Source of the DNA: Candidatus Cloacimonadota bacterium | GTDB taxonomy: Bacteria; Cloacimonadota; Cloacimonadia; Cloacimonadales; TCS61 | Direction: 5' to 3' | DNA: 64,000 nucleotides | NCBI GenBank assembly: GCA_021734245.1 | Contig: JAIPJH010000005.1 | Location: 2,606 to 66,605, forward strand | Shown here: positions 8,590 to 17,422 of the stretch, in pieces | Numbering within the stretch: position 1 is the stretch's first letter | How the letters are laid out: each line of letters begins with the position of its first letter | The notes under the pieces: model-generated | What the model saw: only the letters and a program-made list of their open reading frames with translations | Database searches by the model: none | Told to the model about the DNA's origin: nothing | Made by a program: the position numbers and the translations under genes

Positions 8590-10142
8590 TGTATAACGTT
8601 ATTCCCAAACCTGCCAGAATAAAATCTCGAAAAGGTTATTTCACTCTAAATTCAAATACAAAAATCCAGATTATTCCAGAAGCTAAAAAATCAGCAAAAT
8701 TAGCTGAATACCTGATAAATCAAATTTATGATTTAATGGGGGTTAAGATAGGATTCCTGGCAAATTCACATAACTTCATCTCATTAGAAACTACAAATGC
8801 CGGATTGGGAAAAGAAGGTTACAGTTTAATAATTTCTGAAAGTAAAATAGAAATTATGGCTGAAGCAGAAAATGGAATTTTTTATGGAATTCAAACATTG
8901 CTGCAGCTTCTTCCCGCAGAAGTTTGGCAAAATTCCAAATTAAAATTTCCGCTACAGATTCCCTGTTGCGAAATCGAGGACAAACCAAGATTCAGGTGGC
9001 GCGGAATGCATCTGGACGTGTCCCGTCATTTTTTCGGGATCGAGTTTATTAAGAAATATGTCGATCTGCTGGCAATGCATAAATTCAATGTTTTCCACTG
9101 GCATCTTACGGACGATAACGGTTGGCGGATCGAGATAAAAAAATATCCTGAACTTACCAGAACCTGTGCCTGGCGAAAGAACCTGGAACATCTTCCCTGG
9201 CTGGAAAGACAAAATTTAAAAGAAGAAGCAAATGGAGTTTACGGTGGATTTTACACTCAAAATGAAATAAAAGAAATAATTCAATATGCAGAAGATCGTT
9301 TTGTATGCGTTGTGCCAGAAATCGAAATGCCCGGTCACAGCAGCGAAGTTTTTGCCGCCTTTCCACAGTTTTCCTGCCGTGAAAAAAAACTGCAAGTTGC
9401 ACCCGGTGGTTATTGCACAAATCCCGATCTTTTCTGCGCCGGAAAGAATGATACATTTGATTTTCTGAAAGATATTTTGAAGGAAGTGCTCGAACTCTTT
9501 CCATCCCGACACATTCATATCGGCGGCGATGAAGCAGATAAATCCTATTGGAAAGAATGTTCGCTCTGCCGGCAGCGCATGGTAAATGAAAACCTGAAAA
9601 ATGAAGACGAATTGCAAAGCTGGTTCATGCAGCAAATCGCCCGGTTTATACGGCGACAGAAAAAAATTCCCGTCGTCTGGGATGAGATCACCGATGGCGG
9701 AGTGAATGAAGAAATGCTGGTGATGTGCTGGCGCAAAGACGGGATCGATTCTGCCAGAAAAGCCCTCGCCAGCGGCTGCAAAGTGGTGATGTGTCCAAAT
9801 CCCTATCTTTATTTCGACTGGAAACAGAACGTAGACGATAAAGGTGCTTTTGGAGTTACAACGCTGGAAAAAGTTTATAACTACGATCCCGTTCCTAACG
9901 GTTTTTCTGATGATGAAGCAAAATATATTTTAGGTGCTCAGGGCAACGTCTGGACGGAATGGATGCCATCTGAACAAAGAGTAGAATACATGGCATTGCC
10001 CAGAATGAGCGCTTTAGCAGAATTAATTTGGATCGATCCTGATAAAAAAGATTATTCTGATTTTGTAAAACGACTGGACAAAATATTCATGATACTGACA
10101 AATCGAGGAGTAAATTTTAATAGAAATATAGGAGAGATTTAG
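8589..10142 (+). CDS. GH20 beta-N-acetylhexosaminidase
   Basis: RGMHLDVSRHF, FHWHLTDDNGWRIEI and HIGGDEA catalytic-region motifs. Its ATG overlaps the TGA of the upstream gene. Confidence 0.9.
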   Translation: MYNVIPKPARIKSRKGYFTLNSNTKIQIIPEAKKSAKLAEYLINQIYDLMGVKIGFLANSHNFISLETTNAGLGKEGYSLIISESKIEIMAEAENGIFYGIQTLLQLLPAEVWQNSKLKFPLQIPCCEIEDKPRFRWRGMHLDVSRHFFGIEFIKKYVDLLAMHKFNVFHWHLTDDNGWRIEIKKYPELTRTCAWRKNLEHLPWLERQNLKEEANGVYGGFYTQNEIKEIIQYAEDRFVCVVPEIEMPGHSSEVFAAFPQFSCREKKLQVAPGGYCTNPDLFCAGKNDTFDFLKDILKEVLELFPSRHIHIGGDEADKSYWKECSLCRQRMVNENLKNEDELQSWFMQQIARFIRRQKKIPVVWDEITDGGVNEEMLVMCWRKDGIDSARKALASGCKVVMCPNPYLYFDWKQNVDDKGAFGVTTLEKVYNYDPVPNGFSDDEAKYILGAQGNVWTEWMPSEQRVEYMALPRMSALAELIWIDPDKKDYSDFVKRLDKIFMILTNRGVNFNRNIGEI

Positions 10143-12031
10143 TGGCTGAAATTGATGAATTGAAACATAAATTGAAAAACGCTGCAGGAAAAGAAAAAAT
10201 TGAATTGCTTTGTCAGATTAGCGATCAGTATATTCAAAATTCGGATGAAGATAGAAGTCTGGCTTATTTGCAGGAAGCACTGCAATTGGCACAGCAGATT
10301 TCCGAAGAAAAATATATTGTTATCTGCTTTCAGAAGCTTGGTCTTGCCTATTGGCGAAAAAATGAATTTTCCACTGCCAAGAATTATTTTGAAAAGGCTC
10401 TTACTCTTTACGAAAAACTGGATAATAAGTCGCAGGCTGCCAGTTTGGAAATGGCGATCGGCGTTACTTTGCACAATATGGGAAAAAGCCTACAAGCCAA
10501 AGTTCAACTCAGAAAAGCAGTCTACAAAATAATTCGGGTAAGAAAAAAAAATAATCTGGCAGGTGCTTATAATTGGCTGGGAATCGTTTACGATGATTTA
10601 ATGGAAGACCAGGCAGCCATGAAGTATTTTTTAAAAGGGCTTCATATTCAAGAAGAATTGGGAAATGAAGAGGGAATTGGCGTTGCCAAAAACAGTATTG
10701 GATTACTGCACTTGAAATTAAAACATCTTGAGCAGGCAGAAAAATACTTGAAGGAATCACTGGAAATCCGCCAGAAAATCGATGATAAATTGGGAGTGGC
10801 AGATTGCCTCAATAATCTGGGAATGCTGTTCAGTGAAAATAATGATCTGGAGATGGCATTGGAATATTATCAGAATTCGCTGAAGATCAGACAGCAGATC
10901 GGCGGTAAAGCCAAGATGGCAAATACTTATAACAACATCGGAAATATTTATGCCAAAATGGGAAAGATAGACAAGGCTCTAAAAAATCTTGATGCCAGTT
11001 TGAAGATCATGGAAGAGATCGGAAACAAATCTTATATTCTTCAATTATTACACAATATTTGTGATTGTCATTTTGATAATAATGATTTTGAAGCTGGCAA
11101 AGCTATCCTGGATAGCAGCCAGCAGTTGCTTTCCCAAATCGATGACAGTCCGGTCAAACATATCCATTATCAACTTCTCTCGTCTTACTATGAAAAGAAA
11201 CAAGATTATCAAAAAGCATTCGAAAATTTTGTGAAAGCAACCAAAATGAAAGAAGCTATGTTTAATCAGGAAAACTCAGCTAAAATAATGGAAATTCAGG
11301 CAAAATATGAAATGGAAAAACAGATCCAGCAAAATCGTTATCTGCACCTGAAAAACGTAGAACTGCAGAAAGCTAATGCAACCATAAGCATTCAAAATAA
11401 AGAATTAAAGGAAAGAAATGATCATATTCAATTAACCAATAAAATGCTGCGTCACGATATCATCAATAATCTTTCCGTGATGAACAGCGCCATGAGATTA
11501 TACAATGATTCCAAAGAATCTTCCTATCTGGAAGAAATTCCGCGTCAGATCGAAAAAAGTATCAATTTGATCAGAAAATTAAGAAATCTATCCAATCTAT
11601 TGAGTGATGATAAAAAATTATATCCTATAGATTTAAGAAAAGATATACTAGAAAAAACGATTTCCAATTATTCCATGCTCAATATCGAAATAAACGGTAA
11701 AGGTTCTGTTCTGGCAGATCAGATGCTGGAATCAGTGTTTGATAATCTTTTTTCTAATGCTGTTAAGCATTCTCAAACTGAAAAAATAATAATCGACATC
11801 TTAGTTCGAAAGCAATTCGTACAAATAAACTTTGCAGATTTTGGCATTGGCATTCCCGAAGAGATTAGAGATAAGATTTTTGAAGAAAGTTTTGCTTACG
11901 GAAATTCCGGTAATACCGGTCTTGGGCTTTTCATCGTGAAGAAGGCTGTGGAAAATTACGGCGGTTCTGTGAGGGTGAAAAACAATCAGCCAAGTGGAAC
12001 GATGTTTATGATCAGACTGAAAAAAGCATAA
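10142..12031 (+). CDS. TPR-repeat sensor histidine kinase (cytoplasmic, orphan)
   Basis: Multiple TPR-like units (NNLGMLF, YNNIGNIYAKMGK), a coiled coil, the H-box MLRHDIINNL and the HATPase_c motifs FSNAVKHS and GNTGLGLFIVK. GTG start overlaps the upstream stop. No TM segment. Confidence 0.8.
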   Translation: MAEIDELKHKLKNAAGKEKIELLCQISDQYIQNSDEDRSLAYLQEALQLAQQISEEKYIVICFQKLGLAYWRKNEFSTAKNYFEKALTLYEKLDNKSQAASLEMAIGVTLHNMGKSLQAKVQLRKAVYKIIRVRKKNNLAGAYNWLGIVYDDLMEDQAAMKYFLKGLHIQEELGNEEGIGVAKNSIGLLHLKLKHLEQAEKYLKESLEIRQKIDDKLGVADCLNNLGMLFSENNDLEMALEYYQNSLKIRQQIGGKAKMANTYNNIGNIYAKMGKIDKALKNLDASLKIMEEIGNKSYILQLLHNICDCHFDNNDFEAGKAILDSSQQLLSQIDDSPVKHIHYQLLSSYYEKKQDYQKAFENFVKATKMKEAMFNQENSAKIMEIQAKYEMEKQIQQNRYLHLKNVELQKANATISIQNKELKERNDHIQLTNKMLRHDIINNLSVMNSAMRLYNDSKESSYLEEIPRQIEKSINLIRKLRNLSNLLSDDKKLYPIDLRKDILEKTISNYSMLNIEINGKGSVLADQMLESVFDNLFSNAVKHSQTEKIIIDILVRKQFVQINFADFGIGIPEEIRDKIFEESFAYGNSGNTGLGLFIVKKAVENYGGSVRVKNNQPSGTMFMIRLKKA

Positions 12032-12181
12032 CGCAAAGCTCCACCTTTGCGAATTATACTTCTCATACAATAGAGGAAAGAAATGAAAAAAATAATAATT
12101 ATAATTGTTCTTTTTTTACCATTTATTTTACAATCAATGGAACATACCTGAAATTTTGATGAACCAGACAGCAGCATTGTT

Positions 12182-13726
12182 TTGTATAAATATGGAAAAA
12201 GGTATGAACCGATAATAGAAAATGGCATTCTGCATCTGGTAAATGGCGGGATTTTGAACAATCATAAAAATGTTGCTGTATTTCCTGTTTTGAATGACAA
12301 TAAATACCAGGATATCGAACTGAGCTGGCAGATGTATATTACTCCAGGAGCTGAAGGCTGCGGTATTGCCTTTTTGAACACGGAAATCTTCGGTGCAGAC
12401 ACTCTCAACCTTAAACTCAACCTTGACCTTGTGAAGTGGCATGAGCCGAATATTGAAAAAAGTTTTGCAATTGGATTTGATGTATGCAACCCTGCTACCA
12501 GCGCCTGGTTTGGTCCGGATGGAAACTTTTACAACCGGCCGCAAAGAGAAATTTCGCTGCATTGGAACGGAAAAGAGATCAAAAAAATCCTTTCCCCCAT
12601 AGAATTTCGTGCAGATCCTGAAGAGGAAGAAGCCAAAGAATTTTACCTGAAAATTCATCAGGTAATTGGTGGATCTGAGATTACCCTGAAGATAGAAGAT
12701 AAATCTGTTTTCGATGAATTCTTTATCGCTGAGATGCAACCCTATGCTGTTCGATTGGCTGCTGGAGGACAAACTTCCGATCAGACAACAACTATTATCC
12801 TGGATGATATTAAACTGAAAATGGAGAATGAAGCAGAGAATTACCAAGCTCCAATATCTATAAAAGCAATAGATAAACAGCCGATTTTTATCGATTATCG
12901 AGAAACAGAGCATCAGGTTATCTTCCCGGAATTCAAAGATCAGATCGGTCGTGTTGTTCTCACTTTGGAAATGACTGATATGCCGGGCGGTTTCGATCCC
13001 TGGGATCGTGGTGCTGCTGTCTACATCTGGCAGGATTCGGTGCGTTACGAGATTTGTCGTTTTATCACTCCTTACAATCGTGGCTATATCTGGAAAGTTG
13101 ATGTAACAGATTTTCTACCGCTTTTCAGTGGAAAAAAGCAAATGGATCTGCGTGTAGATACCTGGCAGAAAAAAGAAGAAAATCCCGAAGATCAAATCGG
13201 CTGGTACGTTTCGGTCGATCTCGATTTCTATCCGGGAATTCCTGAACGCATTCCTATAAAAGTTGTAAATTTGTGGTCAGGCAGCTTTTTCTACGGAAAT
13301 CCTCTCGATCCAATGAGTGATCATCTTCCACAACTGAAATTGAAAATGCCCCAAGAAGCAAAAGATGCTAAACTGAGATTGATGGTAACAGGTCACGGCA
13401 TGCATCCCAACACCAATAACGCAGCCGAATTTATGCCGGCAGACAGAACTGTTTACGTTAACGATGAGAAGTTTGAAAACAGACTCTGGAAAACAGATTG
13501 CTATTTGAATTCCTGCCGACCACAGGATGGAACCTGGAAATTTGATCGTGCCGGCTGGGCTCCCGGAAGTGTTGTAGAACCCTGGCAAATCGAGTTAGCA
13601 GAAATTGCTGCTCCCGGTGAAACACTAAAATTTGATTACATCCCCATGGCATATCGCAACTTGAGTGAAGGTGAACATTGGAAAGCAAATCACTGGTTTG
13701 AAAGTCAGGTAATCTTTTATAAATAA
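12182..13726 (+). CDS. PNGase F-related (peptide-N-glycosidase F-like) protein; the 5' end is uncertain or disrupted
   Basis: C-terminal half has DPWDRGAAVYIW, RFITPYNRG, DVTDFLPL, GHGMHPNTNNAAEF and GTWKFDRAGWAPGSVVEPW, as in PNGase F-related proteins. A signal-peptide ORF at 12083-12148 is in the same frame but cut off by TGA at 12149-12151. Confidence 0.6.
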   Translation: MYKYGKRYEPIIENGILHLVNGGILNNHKNVAVFPVLNDNKYQDIELSWQMYITPGAEGCGIAFLNTEIFGADTLNLKLNLDLVKWHEPNIEKSFAIGFDVCNPATSAWFGPDGNFYNRPQREISLHWNGKEIKKILSPIEFRADPEEEEAKEFYLKIHQVIGGSEITLKIEDKSVFDEFFIAEMQPYAVRLAAGGQTSDQTTTIILDDIKLKMENEAENYQAPISIKAIDKQPIFIDYRETEHQVIFPEFKDQIGRVVLTLEMTDMPGGFDPWDRGAAVYIWQDSVRYEICRFITPYNRGYIWKVDVTDFLPLFSGKKQMDLRVDTWQKKEENPEDQIGWYVSVDLDFYPGIPERIPIKVVNLWSGSFFYGNPLDPMSDHLPQLKLKMPQEAKDAKLRLMVTGHGMHPNTNNAAEFMPADRTVYVNDEKFENRLWKTDCYLNSCRPQDGTWKFDRAGWAPGSVVEPWQIELAEIAAPGETLKFDYIPMAYRNLSEGEHWKANHWFESQVIFYK

Positions 13727-13844
13727 TTTATTATAATTTTAACTCAATTTGCTTGACCCTGAAGACAAGTAGAACATTTTTGAATCATATAGTGTTTCGA
13801 GAATATTTATGACTAATCCAAAAAAAAATAACAAAGGAGAAAAG

Positions 13845-15320
13845 ATGAAAAAAGTAGTAGTTTTATTAGTAGTTTTAACCTTGTTAGCAGGAGCACTGCT
13901 AGCCAAAGGAACCTGTGATCAGGGAAGAAGTGAGCCTACATCGGCGGTATTCAATCCAAACGTAATGCAATTAGTCGATGAAACGAATGATGAACTTAAA
14001 ACAAACATCAACCAACAAGTAACAGGCAGCCGCGATTGGCAGGTCATTAAAAGTGAAGATTTTGAAGGAGCCTGGCCGAATGATTGGGATTGCTATTCAG
14101 ATGCAACAATAGATTGTTATTGGAGTGATAACAATGATAATTCATCCGTAGGTTCTTGGAGCGGTTGGTGTGCAGATGGTGGCGACGATGCTCCCACAGA
14201 ACAAATCTATCCAAATGACATGAACGCCTGGATGGTTTATGGACCCTTCAGCCTGGCAGATGCCGTTGATGCAGATATCGAATATGACCTCTGGTACGAA
14301 ACAGAATCAGATTATGACTACTTCAAATTAATGGCTTCCATAGATGGTACAAATTATTATGGTTTACAATGGTCTGGTTCTTCTGGTGGTTGGCAATATG
14401 AGAATTTTGATCTCACTGATGTTTACACTCTTGGTGATCTGACAGGTCAGCCCGAGGTTTGGATTGCCTACATATTTACCAGCGATTACAGCATTAACTA
14501 TGAAGGTGCTTATGTTGATGAAATTTACATCTGGAAAGATACTGGAGATGAATTGCTTATGGAAGATTTCAGCTCTGGAACATTCCCGCCAGCCGGCTGG
14601 AGTGTAATGGGTGATGGACAGGAAAATTGGAGCGAAGTTGGAACTGACAATGCCGGTGGCACAGTTCCGGAATTAGAATTCAGTTGGACTCCATCATTTG
14701 TAGGAAGCAGCTACTTTACATCTCCTGTAATTGCTACAGCAGGAATGAATTCAGTAAATTTGGAATATACACATATGCTGGATGATTATGATGGGGCCGG
14801 ATATTCAATTGGGATAGCCACAACTAGTAACGGTGGAACAACCTGGAATGTAGCTTCACAAGTTTTCCCAACTGGAGATATTGGGCCGGAAAGTGTTAGT
14901 CTTACAATTAATACTCCAGATGTTGGCTCAAACAATTTCCAAGTTGCTTTCTGGTTTGACGGTGATAGTTTCAGCCTTGATTATTGGTATATTGATGATA
15001 TAGCTCTATTTTCTGGAACTGAAGCGGGACAGATCGTTCAACTTACAAATCAGTTGAATGCAAACTATCCAAATCCATTCAATCCAACAACTACAATTTC
15101 TTTCTCACTTGTTCAGCCAGCTTATACTATTTTGAGTATTTACAATGTGAAGGGAGAATTGGTCAAAACACTAATCAGTGATCAATTAACAGCAAATGAT
15201 CATACTGTAACCTGGAATGGAAAAGATAATACAGGAAAAACTGCAGCCAGCGGAGTATATTTTTATAAACTAAAATCCGGTAATTATACTTCCAGCCGCA
15301 AGATGCTGATGCTGAAATAG
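13845..15320 (+). CDS. secreted T9SS cargo protein with two MAM/choice-of-anchor-J-like domains
   Basis: Signal peptide MKKVVVLLVVLTLLAGALLA after AAAGGAG. C-terminal sorting domain NYPNPFNPTTTISF...IYNVKGELVKTL...WNGKDNTGKTAASGVYFYKL. Confidence 0.8.
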   Translation: MKKVVVLLVVLTLLAGALLAKGTCDQGRSEPTSAVFNPNVMQLVDETNDELKTNINQQVTGSRDWQVIKSEDFEGAWPNDWDCYSDATIDCYWSDNNDNSSVGSWSGWCADGGDDAPTEQIYPNDMNAWMVYGPFSLADAVDADIEYDLWYETESDYDYFKLMASIDGTNYYGLQWSGSSGGWQYENFDLTDVYTLGDLTGQPEVWIAYIFTSDYSINYEGAYVDEIYIWKDTGDELLMEDFSSGTFPPAGWSVMGDGQENWSEVGTDNAGGTVPELEFSWTPSFVGSSYFTSPVIATAGMNSVNLEYTHMLDDYDGAGYSIGIATTSNGGTTWNVASQVFPTGDIGPESVSLTINTPDVGSNNFQVAFWFDGDSFSLDYWYIDDIALFSGTEAGQIVQLTNQLNANYPNPFNPTTTISFSLVQPAYTILSIYNVKGELVKTLISDQLTANDHTVTWNGKDNTGKTAASGVYFYKLKSGNYTSSRKMLMLK

Positions 15321-15334
15321 ACATAATTTGATAA

Positions 15335-15380
15335 AAAGAAGTTCCGTGTTAATATGTTAATAGGAACTTCTTTTTTTTTG
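15335..15380 (+). terminator. intrinsic terminator
   Basis: Stem AAAGAAGTTCC/GGAACTTCTTT followed by a T-run. Confidence 0.8.
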
Positions 15381-15514
15381 TTTTGTGCGATTTTCTTGAC
15401 ACATTTCTTCAACTAATTAGAAATTTGAATTCAGATAAATAAAAGAATGATCGCAGGTTTCGAAATCAGGTTTTGTAAAGTGATGTGTTAACCAAATTCA
15501 GAGGAGAAGAAAAA

Positions 15515-16042
15515 ATGAAAAAAGTATTTGTACTTTTGTTTTGTTTAGTATTTGCAGTATCAGCTTTTGCTTTTGAGCAAGGCACAAAAACCGTTGGTGG
15601 CTGGATCGGATTTGAAAGCTACAAAATGAATTCAGATGCAGATCCGGTAAATGCTATTGAGATCATGCCCTGGGGTGGTTATTTCGTAATTGACAATGTA
15701 TGTGTAGATGTATTATTAAGTTACGTGAATGCAAATTCTGATGCTTGGGATGATCCAATGACAGAATTTGCTTTTGGTTTAGGTGGTCGCTATTTTTATG
15801 ATAAAATTTACGGTGGCGCTGGTTTTATGATGGAATCTACTGATAATGGAGCTAATAAATTCAGCGCAAATTATTTAGCTTTTTATGCTGGATATCTTTA
15901 TCCAATCGCAGGAAATATTTATCTGGATGCCGGTGTATTATATGAAATGGGCCTTGGTAAATACGGCGGCGACTGGGATGATGTTGACAATGAAGAATCC
16001 GGTTTCGACGTAGGTGTTGGCATCGATATTTTCTTTAAATAG
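15515..16042 (+). CDS. small outer-membrane beta-barrel protein
   Basis: Signal peptide MKKVFVLLFCLVFAVSAFA, alternating aromatic/Gly-rich strands, and a C-terminal GIDIFFK. Confidence 0.6.
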   Translation: MKKVFVLLFCLVFAVSAFAFEQGTKTVGGWIGFESYKMNSDADPVNAIEIMPWGGYFVIDNVCVDVLLSYVNANSDAWDDPMTEFAFGLGGRYFYDKIYGGAGFMMESTDNGANKFSANYLAFYAGYLYPIAGNIYLDAGVLYEMGLGKYGGDWDDVDNEESGFDVGVGIDIFFK

Positions 16043-16063
16043 AAATATCTTCAATCATTTTTT

Positions 16064-16092
16064 AAAATCCCGGCTTCGGTCGGGATTTTTTT
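16064..16092 (+). terminator. intrinsic terminator
   Basis: Stem AAAATCCCG/CGGGATTTT followed by a T-run. Confidence 0.8.
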
Positions 16093-16157
16093 GTTTATCT
16101 TGACGGTTGGACATTTAAATATTTGTTTTAGTCAGAGAAATAAAATTTGGAAATAAT

Positions 16158-16673
16158 ATGAAAAGAATAATCTTAATGCGTCATGGAAAATCCAGCTGGA
16201 AAGATGCAGGCCTGGATGATTTTGATCGTCCTCTCAAAAAAAGAGGAAGGCGCGATTCACCTTTTATGGCAGAATTTCTAAAAAATGAAAACCTGATTCC
16301 AGAAATGATCTTCTCATCTGCTGCTCTTAGAACTCGTCAGACTACAGAACTGGCAAATTCGATATTAAAACTGGATGAATCAAAAATCAAATTCTTCGAC
16401 TCATTTTATCTGGCTCATCCCAAAACAATTTTAACCTTTCTTACAAAATTGGATAATTCTCCAGGTCAAATCATGATCGTTGGGCATAATCCTGCCATGG
16501 AACTGCTTATAAAAATTTTAACTGGAGAAACTCAGCGATTTCCTACTGCGGCTGTTGCTATTATCGATCTGGATATAGCAAATTGGAATAAATTGATAAA
16601 AAAGCAGAAATGTGGAATTTTGAAGCATCTCTGGAAACCTAAAAATTTGCGTAAAAAAATATTGACGGACTAA
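16158..16673 (+). CDS. sixA: histidine phosphatase family protein (SixA-like)
   Basis: RHGKS catalytic motif at the N-terminus, and GHNP later in the protein. Confidence 0.7.
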   Translation: MKRIILMRHGKSSWKDAGLDDFDRPLKKRGRRDSPFMAEFLKNENLIPEMIFSSAALRTRQTTELANSILKLDESKIKFFDSFYLAHPKTILTFLTKLDNSPGQIMIVGHNPAMELLIKILTGETQRFPTAAVAIIDLDIANWNKLIKKQKCGILKHLWKPKNLRKKILTD

Positions 16674-16676
16674 TGA

Positions 16677-17351
16677 ATGATATTAATTTTAAATACGATT
16701 ATCGACCAGAAAGCTAGAGATCATTTTACAAATGTGATTGCAGAAAGAATTACCTTCGGAAGATCATATTTTGTCATGACTTTGGAAGACAATATCAACC
16801 TTGTTTCGGAATTCTCTCATCTTCTTCTTTCAGGATCGGAACTTTCTGCATCAAATGGAAGCGAATGGGATGGTAAGATTTTTACAGTTATCGAGCATTT
16901 TTTGAATCATGATAAACCAATCCTGGGAATCTGCCATGGCCATCAAATTATCGCAAAAGCAGTTTGCGGTGATGAAGCGGTTTGCAAAAGTGCAAATCCA
17001 GAATTTGGCTGGAAACAGATGAAAATCACAAAAAACCGCATTTTCAAGAAGATCTCTCAGCCAATTTTTCTGGAATCTCGATATGATGAAGTATGTTTTC
17101 TGGATGAAAAATTTGAAATAATTGCTATCAATGAAAGTTCTAAAATCCAGGCGTTCCAAATGAAGAACAAACCTGTCTGGGGAATTCAATTCCATCCTGA
17201 GATGCTTTGGGAAGATGGCAATAAAATGTTGGAAAATCACTTCTTACAAAATCCAGACGATAGAATTTTTTATAAAAACGAAATGGAAGATATCAATCTG
17301 ATTAATTATAATCTGAACATCTTCAAAAACTTCTGGGATTGTTTGAGATGA
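16677..17351 (+). CDS. class I glutamine amidotransferase-like protein
   Basis: ILGICHGHQ nucleophile elbow and the WGIQFHPE motif. Confidence 0.75.
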   Translation: MILILNTIIDQKARDHFTNVIAERITFGRSYFVMTLEDNINLVSEFSHLLLSGSELSASNGSEWDGKIFTVIEHFLNHDKPILGICHGHQIIAKAVCGDEAVCKSANPEFGWKQMKITKNRIFKKISQPIFLESRYDEVCFLDEKFEIIAINESSKIQAFQMKNKPVWGIQFHPEMLWEDGNKMLENHFLQNPDDRIFYKNEMEDINLINYNLNIFKNFWDCLR

Positions 17352-17422
17352 CTTTATTTCTTCTGGTTTAGATATTTGGCATTTTATTTGCATATTAGAT
17401 GTATAAAATATTTGGAGGATCA

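Noticed and set aside
12149-12151. Selenocysteine or reassigned-code reading of the in-frame TGA in the PNGase F-like gene.
   Set aside because: There is no convincing SECIS-like hairpin within ~40 nt downstream. TGA clearly terminates other genes in the window (for example 8587-8589), so a genome-wide UGA reassignment is excluded. Read-through or a nonsense mutation remain open (see the finding at 12083).
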